Origin: Octopus sinensis
Lineage: Eukaryota
Length of the DNA: 64,000 bases
Reading direction: 5' to 3'
NCBI RefSeq assembly: GCF_006345805.1
Contig: NC_043001.1
Coordinates: 43,462,001-43,526,000, forward strand
Part shown: positions 24,470-37,083 of the stretch, in pieces
Layout of the letters: every line of letters starts with the position of its first letter
Position numbering within the stretch: the stretch's first letter is position 1
Position numbers and translations under genes: made by a program
Notes under the pieces: model-generated
What the model saw: only the letters and a program-made list of their open reading frames with translations
Told to the model about the DNA's origin: nothing
The model's database searches: none

Positions 24470-24870
24470 GGATAGGCACCGCGATGCTGGCTTTCTACGT
24501 AGATGTATACAAAGATGCACAAGCCAAGAAGCCTCGTTGAATTGTTGGAAAACATATGTTACCTTGTGCAAAAGACATGATGCATCTTGTGCACTATTTC
24601 TTTTGCTTGTGAAGAAGCAGCAAAGAAAGTCAACAATATGTTATCGAGAAAGGTAATAGAGATGTCAGATAACAAGTATGAAATAAAGAAGCCTTTAATG
24701 TTTGCCATATAGAGGGAAGAAATGACTTATATCTTAATGTCCTCACAATTAATGGATATTGATTGGCACAATAAATGAGTGATGGAAATTTAAAATACAG
24801 ATTTATATTTTATGAGATTATAGAAATTACAACAAGGCTTACGATGATGCTCCAAGAAACAAAAAATTGG
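24470..24870 (+). pseudogene. Decayed hAT (Buster/Charlie-like) transposase fragment
   Basis: Frameshifted AQAKKPR*IVGKHMLPCAKDMM...EEAAKKVNNMLSRKVIEMSDN...KKPLMFAI*...SQL parallels the family motif IAKAKKPHTIGEELILPAAKD...EEAAKKL...FAIQLDESTD..SQL. Confidence 0.6.
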
Positions 24871-25039
24871 ATTTAGTTATTCCACCGCCGCTACTTCACT
24901 TTCCCGCCTGCTATTGATATACTTGTGTGCTTTTTAGCTTTATATGTCTGTACGAGATGTTTTCTAGAGAAATATACTGCAGTTTCGTGGCTTTCTACTG
25001 TATGTGCACGTTAAGTAAAATATACAGCATGCTCTCTCT

Positions 25040-25105
<66 letters not shown>

Positions 25106-25139
25106 TAATACAAGATAAGAAAATGGAGAAATACATCTA

Positions 25140-25500
25140 AATCAAATATCAATTACCAGATAATACTCAATCACATGCTTTATTAAACCACCACATAAGA
25201 GACTGTAGGGTTAAATATAAAAAGCAGAACAAATCAGTGTACATAAAGGAATGTACATAAAAAAGTGTACATAAAAGAGTAATGTTGTATAATAAGTAGA
25301 ATATATATAAAAGAGAATATAAATATAAGTAAATATAAATATAAGTATAGATTACATCTTACAGCTGTTTCGGCCATGTAGATAAGTATGTCTCATTTTA
25401 CCAATATTAGCCTTTTATGGTAGGTCAATATATAGATATAAATGAGACATTTACAAAAATATCATAAGGCCTCTTCGGAGATTATGTAATATAAATCAGT
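25140..25500 (-). mobile_element. Penelope-like pseudo-LTR remnant
   Basis: Carries a hammerhead motif (25351-25490) and AT-rich flanks typical of PLE termini; no ORF. Confidence 0.5.
25351..25490 (-). ncRNA. Type I hammerhead ribozyme motif with long stem II (U4-to-C mutation)
   Basis: Minus strand reads ATCT-CCGAAGA-GGCC...GGCC-GAAAC-AGCT-GT-A-AGAT, so stems I, II and palindromic III all pair. Confidence 0.6.
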
Positions 25501-26755
25501 CTACATATATACCCACATGGGTGTGGGTGCATATCCATAATACAACATATACATATACATATGAGTGCATATACTCACACTCTTATACATATAAAAATAT
25601 ACATATACATAATGATATAAATAAATAATATAAATTAGTAAACATATATATGTGTTCCACATTCAATGTCTCAGGTTTTCGACTTAATATTGTGATAATA
25701 AACATACACAAATTAGTACCTAGATGCAAATATACATAGTCAATAGTACATTATATTACTTCATACTAATTTCTAAAGTGTCATTAAAGTTAGCATCATT
25801 ATCGTTGTCAATACCATTAATGTTACCATTATTATCATTCATAATATTATTAATAACGCTTACATTAGGATCCAGAGCGGTATATATGTATGGCCGGGTT
25901 CCAGTTAGTAATTTTCCTTATGACATAAATACACTATTGGATTTGAATTTAAAATTATCATTATCTTCCTCACGGTTGGTCAATTGAGAGCCGCCCGACC
26001 TCCACCACACCGCACAAGCAAAACATACACATCCACATCTAACCCTAAACCCACACATCCACACAGAAACTCACACACACATGCACACACACATGAATAC
26101 ACCCCGACACATTTCTACACATTCACTAAATTGCAGAGTGTATGTCTGTCATCGCATGGCTTATAAACAAATCAGTATAGGCATCAGTGTCTAACACTAA
26201 CACACACACTCACACGCACATCCGCATATACGCATAAATATTAATACACTTTCCTATACTGTGTCAGGAAACTTTCGCACACACACATATATATATATTT
26301 AAATATATATCTGCGCACTCATACGTACAAATAAAACTTATATTTATATCCACCCATGAATAAATATTCGCATATACATATATACATATCCAAGTACGCA
26401 CCTGCATGCTCATATGTGTAATAAAAACATACATCCGTACATCCACCCACGATCATACCTATATGTACAAAAACATTTATACGTACACATACACATTTTC
26501 ACACACCTACAGAAGTTACTATTAATTTAGAATAAGTTTATTAATTATAAATTAAATTAATTATAGATTAGTAAGTACCAAATAAACAAAAATAAGTAAT
26601 TAAATAAATAAATATGAATATATATATATATATATTATCCATGTATAGATAAATAGATAAATAAAATGGAATACAAATTAAGGAGGGCACAACGATAAAC
26701 CTAATATAGTAAGTATAAGTGGATACGCCGGAATTATATATATATATATATATAT

Positions 26756-26817
<62 letters not shown>

Positions 26818-26859
26818 TATGTATGTATGTACTCGCAGACATATACATTCATGAAAATA

Positions 26860-26935
26860 AAGCTTTTTGCACACGAGTAGAAGTATACAGAATGAAGCTT
26901 CATTCTGTATACTTCTACTCGTGTGCAAAAAGCTT
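26860..26935. repeat. Perfect spacerless 76-bp palindrome
   Basis: 26860-26897 is the exact reverse complement of 26898-26935. Confidence 0.97.
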
Positions 26936-27439
26936 AATTTAATGGAATCTTTAAGAAGATTTATTTACATTAAATTAACCTGTTTTATAATTTCGTGGTT
27001 TTCAAACGTACTGTAAGAAAGAGGGCCGCAGAGCTATGTTGCAACTGTTTCTACTCAGATTTCCATAACTTAAGATAGAGTTTCATTAGTTGAAGATGGT
27101 CAGGAAGTCGCATAGAGAATTTAGTTCACCGTAACGTTCCCGTATTAGGGCCAAGTGACTGAGTGAACGATGATTGTGCCAAATAATGAGGCTGCGTTAG
27201 TCCAGTGAATGTATTATATGACTGTACGAGCAAGCATTACGCATTATGTCCATACATCAGTTGTGATATGAACGATAATTTCGCCAAAATTTCATGAGAG
27301 TGGATGCATCGTGTGATAATATAATCAACATATTATCGAAAGCTAAAAATAAATAGATTACGATAGTACTTCCTTGTATGCAGTTGACTGTAAGCTATGT
27401 ATTGTTTTGTATGTATATGTGCATATGATTGTGTACGTT

Positions 27440-27612
27440 TTGTTTGAAAGCACTAGCTTAGTTGGGGAGGGGTAGGGCAGTCCATCCCGGGCGGCACTTT
27501 TAAAGGGACACCACTTTTGGGTTAGCTGTAGGCAATATGTGTCTTTTTGGAGTCTGGGGGCGCCAAACGGAAGGGCCGCCCTGGGCGGCACACACTCTAG
27601 CTACGCTAGTGT
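27440..27612 (-). mobile_element. GC-rich MITE remnant of a CAGTGGCGTAGCTAG-terminal family
   Basis: End ctctagctacgctagtg matches, in reverse, the start cagtggcgtagctagagtg at 36717. Probably hAT-related. Confidence 0.5.
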
Positions 27613-27913
27613 TTGAGAGTATACACAATAATAGAATAATATTTTGGTAATTTAGTTATTTGGGAATTATCTTTCGGATATGTTCTAATAGCTTATTTAT
27701 TCGTAGTTTGAATTTTAAAAATAAGTATCTATTCATTTGTCTATTTTTGATCTGTATTGTCAGAACAAATATAAAGTAGGTAGAGTCAACTTGGAATTTT
27801 GGGTATTTGTTTGCGTACATAGGTCTAAATGTTCATTTAGTGGGAACTGTTTAATAATAGCATCTCGAATTTGTTCACAATGAACAGCAAATCAGTTTCT
27901 CAAGGTAATTTTC

Positions 27914-28329
27914 GGATCTTTTCGGTTTGAACGGCAGTTTTTTAAAATAATTTCCACGTAACTAAATACTTTTAAACTTCGTATACTGGTAGAATGTATT
28001 TATAAAACATCTTTTTCTCTTGGCTTTATTGAGAAAATTATTTAGTTTGTAAGATATTTATTGTTTTTTTTTCTTCAATTTCTGCAATTTCAACCAATCA
28101 ATGACGTCTATTGAGGTGAAAACATTGTGCCGTATGAATGTGTCCCTCGTTTAAGAAACAGATTGGGTTTATTTACATTTGTGAAGAAAAAAAGATACCC
28201 TTCCTCCCACCCCTAACCCTAACCCTAAAACAGATTGAAATGCAATAGATCGATACTAGGGTCATAATTATGGGTGACAATTTCATATGACACCGCTAGA
28301 AAAAACTGCCGTTCAAACCGAAAAGATCC
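27914..28329 (-). mobile_element. TTAGGG-bearing MITE, copy 3
   Basis: Perfect TIRs; 8-bp TSD TAATTTTC (27906-13, 28330-37). Confidence 0.95.
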
Positions 28330-29332
28330 TAATTTTCGTTTATTCAATGCATTCTTTGTTGCCCCTTTTACATTTAACAGTATAATTAAATTTGTTCATG
28401 TACAGGTGAATTTATTTTTACAGTGAAACTATGATTTGATTCAAATTTAAGGCTGCCGGAGGCTCTGCAGTTAAGGCGACTATACGTTTTGATTACTGAT
28501 ATAATTTTCAGTGAGTAATTAGGTGCTGGTAAGAATTTCAAAAGGTATTTTTAGTTGTCTTTTACTTTTATTTTGTGTATTCAAAGTGCCTTTATCGTTT
28601 TTGGGGAGTGCTTCAACAATAAGGGTATGATTTGAAGAGTAATGTGCAAGTGGCAGAATAAAAAGGCAGAGAGAGCTTTTACGTCTCTGAAAGTTGCTGA
28701 GAAAAAGAGAATGTTTTCCGTAAGTATCTCAAAATAGAGTTGTGCTTAAGTTGAACCAGGTCACTGACAATGGGAATAAATGGGTTTATCTGGATCCAAC
28801 TCTTGTCTTACCTAAGTTGTTAGCGAATTTGACAGATTGAACTTATAAATTCTAAGTGCAAATTCCAAGAACAATGGACACGAACGAGAAGACCGAGGTT
28901 TCGATTCTTGGTTACAATTCTTACATTTTCAATATCCATAATCTGTTTCTTTAATTACGATGTCATTATTATTTTTGACTGACAATTTCCTATTCTTTTC
29001 GACTCGTCGATTTGGATTTAGACCGTGGAAAGCCATGATATGAAGTAAATATAAAAAAAAATCACAATTTTGTTCAATACTTTGTTCTTGTCTTTTATAG
29101 AGCTATAACTGTTCATACTTCGTACAGCTGTTTTTTTCCTTGGAAAACTATGTTTTTGTTTAGGAGTATTTTACGGAACTGTAGGATATCGCCTCATATT
29201 TTATTGAAGTTAGGGTATTATATGAGCGCCTTAAATGAATGCGATTTGAACTATAATTTGTCTATAAAAAAGAGCGAATATCAGATCACGATCAGAGTCG
29301 TGACAGTTACAGCATAACTTTATGGCCCTCCA

Positions 29333-29396
<64 letters not shown>

Positions 29397-29704
29397 GCGC
29401 AGAGTGGGCCAAAAGCCACGCACAAAAACATTTGACATTTTCTTTTATTCTTTTATACGTTTTAGTCCCTAAGGCTTTCTTAAATTTTTTATTACGTTGT
29501 TGTAGTTGTTGTTATTATTCATTTTGTTCCTCTGTACAAGTACGTGTGTATTCATCATTATTTTATTTATTTTATTCAATTTTAGGAAAATTGAAGCGGG
29601 TCTTTGATAATTCCTGAACGCATTGAACTTATTTTGTGCGTGATCTTTGACCTACCCCTTGTGCATGTATGTATGTATGTATGTATGTATGTATGTATGT
29701 ATGT

Positions 29705-29950
29705 ATGTATGTATATGATTAAAAAGGATCAAACGGCGGTTTCCTGGATCCTGTGTATCCACCCCATTCACCGGACGCGACGCCGGTCCGATGCTAGATG
29801 ACTCATTTTTGCCAGCTGAATGAACAGGAGGAACACGAAATGAAGTGTTTTGTTCAAGAACACACATCGACCGGTCAAGAAGCCACAATCTTCCGATCAT
29901 AAGTGCAATACTTAACCACATTAAACACAATACTTAACTACAGCCACGTG
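29705..29950 (-). mobile_element. SINE family C
   Basis: actcatttttgccagctgaatgaacaggag...tgaagtgttttgttcaagaacaca. Confidence 0.7.
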
Positions 29951-29981
29951 CCTTCCTGCCCCCTTTTTTCTCTCATATATA

Positions 29982-30146
29982 CAGGGCCGGCTCAAGGTAC
30001 CGGCAACTCAGGCAGTCGTCCGGGGCACCATGTGCTAGGGGACGCCAAGGAGGGCGTGACAAAGAATGGAAATTTCCACGATCGTCAGCTTGTACACGCC
30101 GTAGTTCAGCTTGCCCAAGGCGCCAGCAACCTTAAGGGTGGCCCTT
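29982..30146. mobile_element. Short GC-rich MITE (hAT-like CAGGGCCGGC termini)
   Basis: Starts cagggccggctcaagg and ends ccttaagggtggccct; TSD not evident. Confidence 0.55.
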
Positions 30147-30210
30147 GTTTTTACCCCTCTGCAAAGGAATTTTATTTAATTCTTTCGCAGGAAGGGCTAG
30201 TTCGACGAGA

Positions 30211-30271
30211 CGTGTTCTGTCCTCACCTTCGAAACACGCTGGAGTTGAACTAGGGACAGCTGATGAAGGGG
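30211..30271 (+). ncRNA. Candidate non-circularly permuted hammerhead ribozyme, copy 1
   Basis: CGTGT-T-CTGTCCT, CCTTC-GAAACACG and GGGACAG-CTGATGA-AGGGG; stem III 5 bp, stem I 7 bp. Confidence 0.6.
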
Positions 30272-30492
30272 ATTTTCCTTGTGTAGTTGTCTTGTACTCT
30301 GTTTTTTCGTTGTTAAAAAAATGGTCCGTTCCATGCTGTTTTTACGTTTTCGTTTCTTGTTGAGTTCTACGTCTATTTGTGGTGTCCTGTACACACGTAT
30401 ATATATTTATATATGCATGTATATATACATGTAGATGTAGGTACGTACATATATGTTTGTATGTATGCATATATTTTATTTATTACACTATA

Positions 30493-30528
<36 letters not shown>

Positions 30529-30581
30529 TGTATGTATGTATGTATGTGTATGTATATGTATGTATATGTATGTATCGAAGT

Positions 30582-30643
30582 CGTGTCTCGCCTTTACCTT
30601 CGAAACGCGGAGTAGACGAAACGGAGGCGGCTGAAGAAAGGGG
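30582..30643 (+). ncRNA. Candidate non-circularly permuted hammerhead ribozyme, copy 2
   Basis: CGTGT-C-TCGCCTTT, CCTTC-GAAACGCG and GGAGGCGG-CTGAAGA-AAGGGG; GUC cleavage triplet; stem I changes compensate relative to copy 1. Confidence 0.65.
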
Positions 30644-30895
30644 ATTTTCCTTGTGTCGTATGTCTTGTACCCTGTTTTTTCGTTGTTAAAAAAATGTCCG
30701 TTTCCACGGCTCTGTTTTTATGTTTACGTTTCTCATTGTGTTTGACGTTTTTTTGGTGTCCTGTACCTATATATGCATGTATATATACATATAGATGTAG
30801 GTACGTACATATATGTATGTATATATGCATATGTTTTATTTATTATTTTATTATATGACGAAACGCCACGCATCCTCTTCCAAGTAAGTTTTATC

Positions 30896-30938
<43 letters not shown>

Positions 30939-31799
30939 TCATAATTCACGCATGTTTATGAGAGAAAAGTATCACTGAGGTCAAAATGTATGATATAATC
31001 GTTTCAGAGTTGAGCTTTTTTTTTATAAAAATGTGCTAGATTCATTGACACTTAACATTGATGAAATATTTTTGAAATGTTTAGCCCAAATGGTTCTTGC
31101 TTCCTATTAAATGCATAACAAGAAGAAGAAGAACAAGCTCGCTATTTAATCATCAAATTCTTATTTTAATTTTTGAAATGTTTGTGATTTGATTTATATC
31201 TTCATATATCTTAACGAACCATCTGCTTTAAAATTTCCTTATGTAAAAAAAAAAGCATTAAAAAAAAAAAGAAAAAAGTTTAATGCAGAAAACAATTATC
31301 TCTTTAGATTTCTTACGTGGAAATTTGAAATATATTTATAAAAAAATAAAACAACACAAAATAAAACAAAAAGCCCGAAACAGAAACGTTAAAATCTGTG
31401 AAGAACAGAAAGATGGTTATGAATATTACTTCATGGTTGTGTGGTGGGTAATAACGTTGGATTCCTTGATAGCAAGTCTTGTTGTATTTGAGTCATTTTA
31501 TGTTTTGGTTTCAAATCGTAACAGAGTCGGCTTTGTATTCCATCTCCGACTCAAACACAATAACTGTAGAACCAGATATATACTGAAGCTGATTTGGTTT
31601 ATTTTACCTCCACCCACAACGCCGGATATGTTTCCGTTTTAATCTGACTCCTTCATCAAAATACAATCCTTGTCGTACTTGCTATATCAATTGTTATGGT
31701 TTTTGTCGTTTGGCCTCTGGTTAGCATTCCAGCCATGTTCACCTATCTTATTTTCAGATACAGCATCTGTGTTTTTCTTCTTTGAGATAGTAGATGTAA

Positions 31800-32637
31800 T
31801 CCCTTAATGGATCAATTATTTTGACATGGCGTTTCATTTCAGAGCATATTTTTTAATTTCCTTTTTTAATTATATACACTGTGTTAATTACAAAATAAAA
31901 GTTTTTAAAATCTTGTTTCCTTTATTTTTTATTATAGAAATTAAAATGTACTTTTACTCATTTGGATTTAAACGAGTTAACTTGGATATTGAAAAAATAC
32001 ATATAACTTAACTATCTTCGATTTTTTTATAAGATGTATTGCTTCTAAATCAAAGGAAAATTTTTTAAAAATGAGCTAGACAGTTTATTTAGAATGATAA
32101 TTTTTAAAACAAGGAGTTACACACAAAGTTATCTTGAAGACATCAGACATGTATCTGCTTCCTCTTCAAATCTTCTTTCCTTTAGCGTCTCTCTTCTCTG
32201 CGCATTTTGCACACTGTCTTGTAAGGTTCTTTTTCTTATCACTTGGTGGTATTTCCATGGGAAAGTGACCGGCTGGGGCAAATCTTGTTGGATGTGGGAT
32301 CGATGATGGTCTTCCTGGTTTCGTGGAAGGCAATAATCTTGGTGATTATTTTCATTCTAAATTTCAGTGGTTTCAAAGCAGAAGCTGAAGTTTCCAAAGA
32401 TGCTTTATACAAAACATAAGCATTCCAGATAGCCAAATCCATCAAATGAAAAAATACTTATTTCTTTTTTTTAAACAACGCGAGTAAATTCGTGATTGCT
32501 CAAAAATGAAACGACACAAAACAAATAAACTCGTTTGAGTGCTAAAATTAAAAGTTAATTTTGACCGAGTATACTCGTCTGGTTCTAAAAAGATACATTT
32601 GCGATGTACGGGTAACTCGGGATAATCCATTAAGGGG
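31800..32637 (-). mobile_element. Internally deleted piggyBac element
   Basis: TIRs (T/C)CCCTTAATGGAT; TTAA at 32638-41 and GTAA at 31796-99. Minus strand encodes MDLAIWNAYVLYK...LKFRMKII and a decayed Cys-rich tail (LCVTPCFKNYH). Confidence 0.85.
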
Positions 32638-34239
32638 TTAAATATTACGGAGAATTGGCTATATTTCTAGCAGGTCAAGCGACAACATAGTTGTTTCAGT
32701 TTTGTGCCAATATGAAGAATGAAATAGTTATTTTCAAGAGGATGAGGATGAATGATAAAGTTAGCTGTGTATCTTGATTAAAAGCAGTTGCAGCCTTCTA
32801 TATTTCTGATTTCATGTCTCATCAAAATGACATTCTTTAAATTATTCTTTCGGCGTCGTTAAAACAAGAAATAAAAATATACTAGAGTCAATTTAATCGA
32901 CAATATTCCTACGAAGTATGGGATTGTATGAATTAAAAAAAAATTGCAAGATAGTGACAGAGTGGCAAACGGTACAAGAGACAACTTCGAACATGTTTCG
33001 ACATTACTCTGACTTCATTAGCAAAGTAGCTTTTATCGTACTTCGGAAAGTATTGATGAATGAATTTATCAGTAAACCCTAACGGATCCTATCTACATTC
33101 ATTGTTGTAGGCAAATAGAGTTGCTTAGAGATTAAATGGTACCCACAACAAAACAAAACCGAACCGATGAGGCAATCTCTAAGCTGTCCTTTCGACCTAC
33201 TTGAACAGTTTTTAAAAATATGAGTAAGAGGACATATTTGATAATGTAATAGGAACTCCAGTTCCCAAGATATAAATCCTGAACTTTCGATTCACTGACC
33301 ATTTTTCGACATTGAGGCATGGACATCACCATGGACATCAGCTAATGTTATCATTCATCCTCTTGAAAATAACAATTTCATTCTTCACATTGGTACAAAA
33401 CTGAAACAACTCTGTTGCCGCGTGACCTGCCAGAAATATAGCCAATTCTCCCTAATATTTAAACCTACCATCTTAAAGAAGAAAAACACAGATGCTCTAT
33501 CTGAAAATAAGATAAGATGAACGTGGCTGGAATGCTAACCAGAAGCCAAACGACAAAAACCATAACAAATGACAGAGCAAGTACGGCGAGGACGGTATTT
33601 TGATGATGGGGGTCATCGCTTACAATTGCAAATACAAACGTTTACACAGTTCTAGATATACTATGTCTGAAAATAAAGATGGAATAGTTATGGCTGGAAA
33701 GTTTTGAGCAGATTTGGTGCTTATCAACGAGAGCGCAATAGATTAGTGTAAACATATTTAATGTTGATTGTGGTGGTGGATCCCTGTCGTTCGGCGATGA
33801 GGAGTCAATTACTCGATTAACTGAATAATCTGTTCATGAATTAACGTGTTAGTGACTGAGTATCCTTAATGTAATTCTCTGGTAGAATCAGTATGGCACA
33901 CTGCGTGACAAGGTTGTACTTTTTCAATTATATGGACAATCCTCCTGACGAGCTTCTATACATTTTCCGTCCAACCAATTTCACTCTTACGTGGAAATTT
34001 GAAATATATTTATAAAAAAATATAGGTCGACTGGAGGCAACAGAAAATATTTATCTAAGATGCCACGCAGTTGGGGCGAACTGTGAATCGCGATTGCGAA
34101 GCGAACCACTTAATCATGTAGCCACTCTGTATCTAAATGACGATAGTATAAACAAGCCAATAAGAAATGCGTTGTGACAAACAGAGAAACAAACGTTATT
34201 AGTAATGACAAAATTGTTACAAAGTTACACATTTGGAAG

Positions 34240-34910
34240 ATAGTATTGTCGATTAAATCAACAGAATACTTAACTGGTTCTTTATTTTGTTGAAGGGGGA
34301 GAGTTGAGGTTGGTTCAGTCGGGATTTGAACTCAGAACGTAAAGGGCAATAACAAAATACCATTAGGCATTTTATTCAAATTTTGGCACAAGATCAGCAA
34401 GTTCGGTAGGGTTAAGTCGATTATATCGACCCCCAGTGCTCAATTGGTACTTATTTTATTAACCCCGAAAGGATGAAAGATAAAACCGACCTCGGAGGAA
34501 TTTGAACATAGAACGTAAAGATGGACGAAATGTTGCTAAGCATTGTACCAGTTGAACACTGGGTGGTGGGGGATGGTGGTGGTGTCGATGTAATCGATTT
34601 ACTTCCTCCCCCGAGCCTACTGGCCTTGTGCCAAAATTTGAAACCGATATTAGCTTTGCCTCTTAATGTCGCACTATTTAGTTTTGTCCGTCTGCATTCT
34701 AATCTCAAGTTCTGGTATGTCAACTTAGTTTTTCACACGTCTATAATGAATAGAATAAGCGGCGAACTGAAAGAGCTCTTGGCGTTTTGAATAGATTGCC
34801 TCGCATTGTTTATTCTGGTGATCCGAGTTCAAATCCCGCCAAAGCCAAGTTTGTATTTTTTTCATTTGGCGGGTCGATAAAATATCATTCCAGTACTGGG
34901 GCGATTCTTC
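34240..34910. mobile_element. Cluster of SINE family A fragments in both orientations
   Basis: Repeated atttgaactcagaacgtaaag and cggggtcgataaa...gtactgggg motifs. Confidence 0.75.
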
Positions 34911-35734
34911 TTCTTCATCATTATTATCTTTTCCTCCTTCTTTTTCTTTCTAGAAGAAATAAGCTTTATCAGACCTAGAAAAAGAGACGAGCTCTGCTAG
35001 GTCTAAATGCTCAAGATATGCGTGTGTCACGACAGTAGCCTAACGACGCAATAAGGTGCCAAGGGCTGAAAAATTGTGGTATTGTGTCAATGTAAGAAAT
35101 CTTTATTACTTGCAGAAAGCCTGTAGAATTGTTGAAGATGAACTGTAGTTGATCGAGCAGACATATAAATAAAAGCATTTCAACTGTATGCAGGGAACCA
35201 ACGATCATAGTAACAAGTATGTCCTTTTAAGACGGATAACCGTGATTTGAAGAATAACCAACATGTCGAGGGACCATGTAGAGGTTCCTTCTCGGACTCG
35301 TGGTTGAAGAGGTGGACAAAAGCAGTTGAGAATCGGATTAAATGCTTAAAAAAATTTCACTCTGACTTTACTCTCTGACTACAAACTTACATCTCTCTGA
35401 GATCAATAAAATAAGTACCAGTCATCAATCGATTTCATACTAGCAATTTTGTAGCCTTTTACTAATGTGAGAAATAATTTTTCAAATTTTTTTGATGAGT
35501 TTTAAAAACAAATTTTACAAATTTTTATGCGATTGAATAACAAGTAGCAGACTGCTGGACTAAATATTTAGTTCCATTTCTCTTGATTCTAAATTTAAAT
35601 TCCGTTGGGAGTAGCTCTTAATGAGAGTTCATTCAATCTACTCAACTCCGCCCTAACAAAGAAAAAAAATATGCTTAGGTCAGAGTCAAACAACCGTTAA
35701 TGCATGCAGATTTAAATACGCACAAAAAAATAAT

Positions 35735-35940
35735 ACTTTCTGCTATAGGTACAAGGCTTGAAAGTCGAGGAAGGAGCATGGCCGATTACACCGACGCTGG
35801 TGCTTATTTTATCTACCACGAATGAGATGAATGGCAAAGTCAATGACAGTGGAATTTGGACTAAGAACGTAAATCGGAGCGAAATGCTGCTAAGTATTTC
35901 TATTTGGCGTGCTAACGATTCTGCCAGCTCGCCGCCTTAA
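35735..35940 (-). mobile_element. SINE family A (alternative tail)
   Basis: Head ends gccagctcgccgcctt at about 35938. Confidence 0.8.
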
Positions 35941-36181
35941 TATACGTGAAAGAATAATAAGTACACTGTGATATTGATATAAAAGTAAATAAGATTCAAC
36001 ACTCCCATTTTAATTTTTATTTAGTTAGTAGAATAGAGAAACTTTTTGAAGATAGCTCCATACTTTTGAAATTATTGCTGTTGATATTTAGCTTGAACTC
36101 CCCCCTCCCCTCCCAAAACACGAGTATGCCAAAATTTGAAACCAATATTTCAAGAAAGAAACATGATTTCATTCAAAGTTT

Positions 36182-36592
36182 GGATCTTTTCGGTTTGAAC
36201 GGCAGTTTTTTCTAGCGGTGTCATATGAAATTGTCACCCATAATTATAACCCTAGTATCGATCTATTGCATTTCAATCTGTTTCAGGGTTAGGGTGGGGG
36301 GAAGGGTATCTTTTTTTCTTCAGAAATGTAAATAAACCCAATCTGTTGTTTAAACGAGGGACATATTCATACGGCACAGAATGTTTTCACCTCAATAGAC
36401 GTCATTGATTGGTTGAAATTGCAGAAATTGAAGAAAAAACAACAACAAATATCTTACCAGCTATAGAATTTTCTCAATAAAGCCAAGAGAAAAAGATGTT
36501 TCATAAACACATTCTACCAGCATACGAAGTTTAAAAGTGTTTAGTTACGTGGAAATTATTTTAAAAAACTGCCGGTCGAACCGAAAAGATCC
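36182..36592 (+). mobile_element. TTAGGG-bearing MITE, copy 4
   Basis: TIRs; 8-bp TSD CAAAGTTT (36174-81, 36593-600). Confidence 0.95.
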
Positions 36593-36716
36593 CAAAGTTT
36601 TTCTAATTAAGACTCATGACATTTATAGGAGAGAATAATAACATTTTGTAACGTTCATGGTTTTATTAAGAATGTTAGAAGTTACTACAAACAAACATTA
36701 AAACTATATTGCATTC

Positions 36717-36840
36717 AGTGGCGTAGCTAGAGTGTACCGCTCTGGGAAGCCCTTGAGTTTTCCGCCCCCATCCCGCTCCCTATACAGGCTTATACTGCAG
36801 ACCCAAAGGTGCCGCCCCCTTAAAAGCACCGCCCGGCGTG
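36717..36840 (+). mobile_element. Truncated CAGTGGCGTAGCTAG-family MITE
   Basis: Reverse complement of the end of the 27.5 kb element. Confidence 0.5.
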
Positions 36841-37083
36841 AAATCCCTCTCCTCAACCACTTTATTCTATAGCATCCGGAGTTCTTCAGTAGAAGTGTTA
36901 CTCATTACTCATCGTCTCGTTGAGACACCAACTGTAGACTACGTCTGTGTATCGTGTATGAGTGTTAGTGTGGCGAGAGAGAGAGAGAATGTATTTTTAT
37001 CTCTGTCCAAGCTATTCTCATAGGAATAATTCTATTAACTCTCAGAATACCCGTTATTTATGCTGTTTTTTTTAGCTCTGTAG

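Larger units (their letters stand above)
30190..30895 (+). mobile_element. Head-to-tail dimer of a 371-bp Penelope pseudo-LTR/retrozyme-like unit
   Basis: Units align from CGTGT at 30211 and 30582 through gattttccttgtgt...gtcctgtac...gtaggtacgtacatatatgt; each unit carries hammerhead core motifs. Confidence 0.7.
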
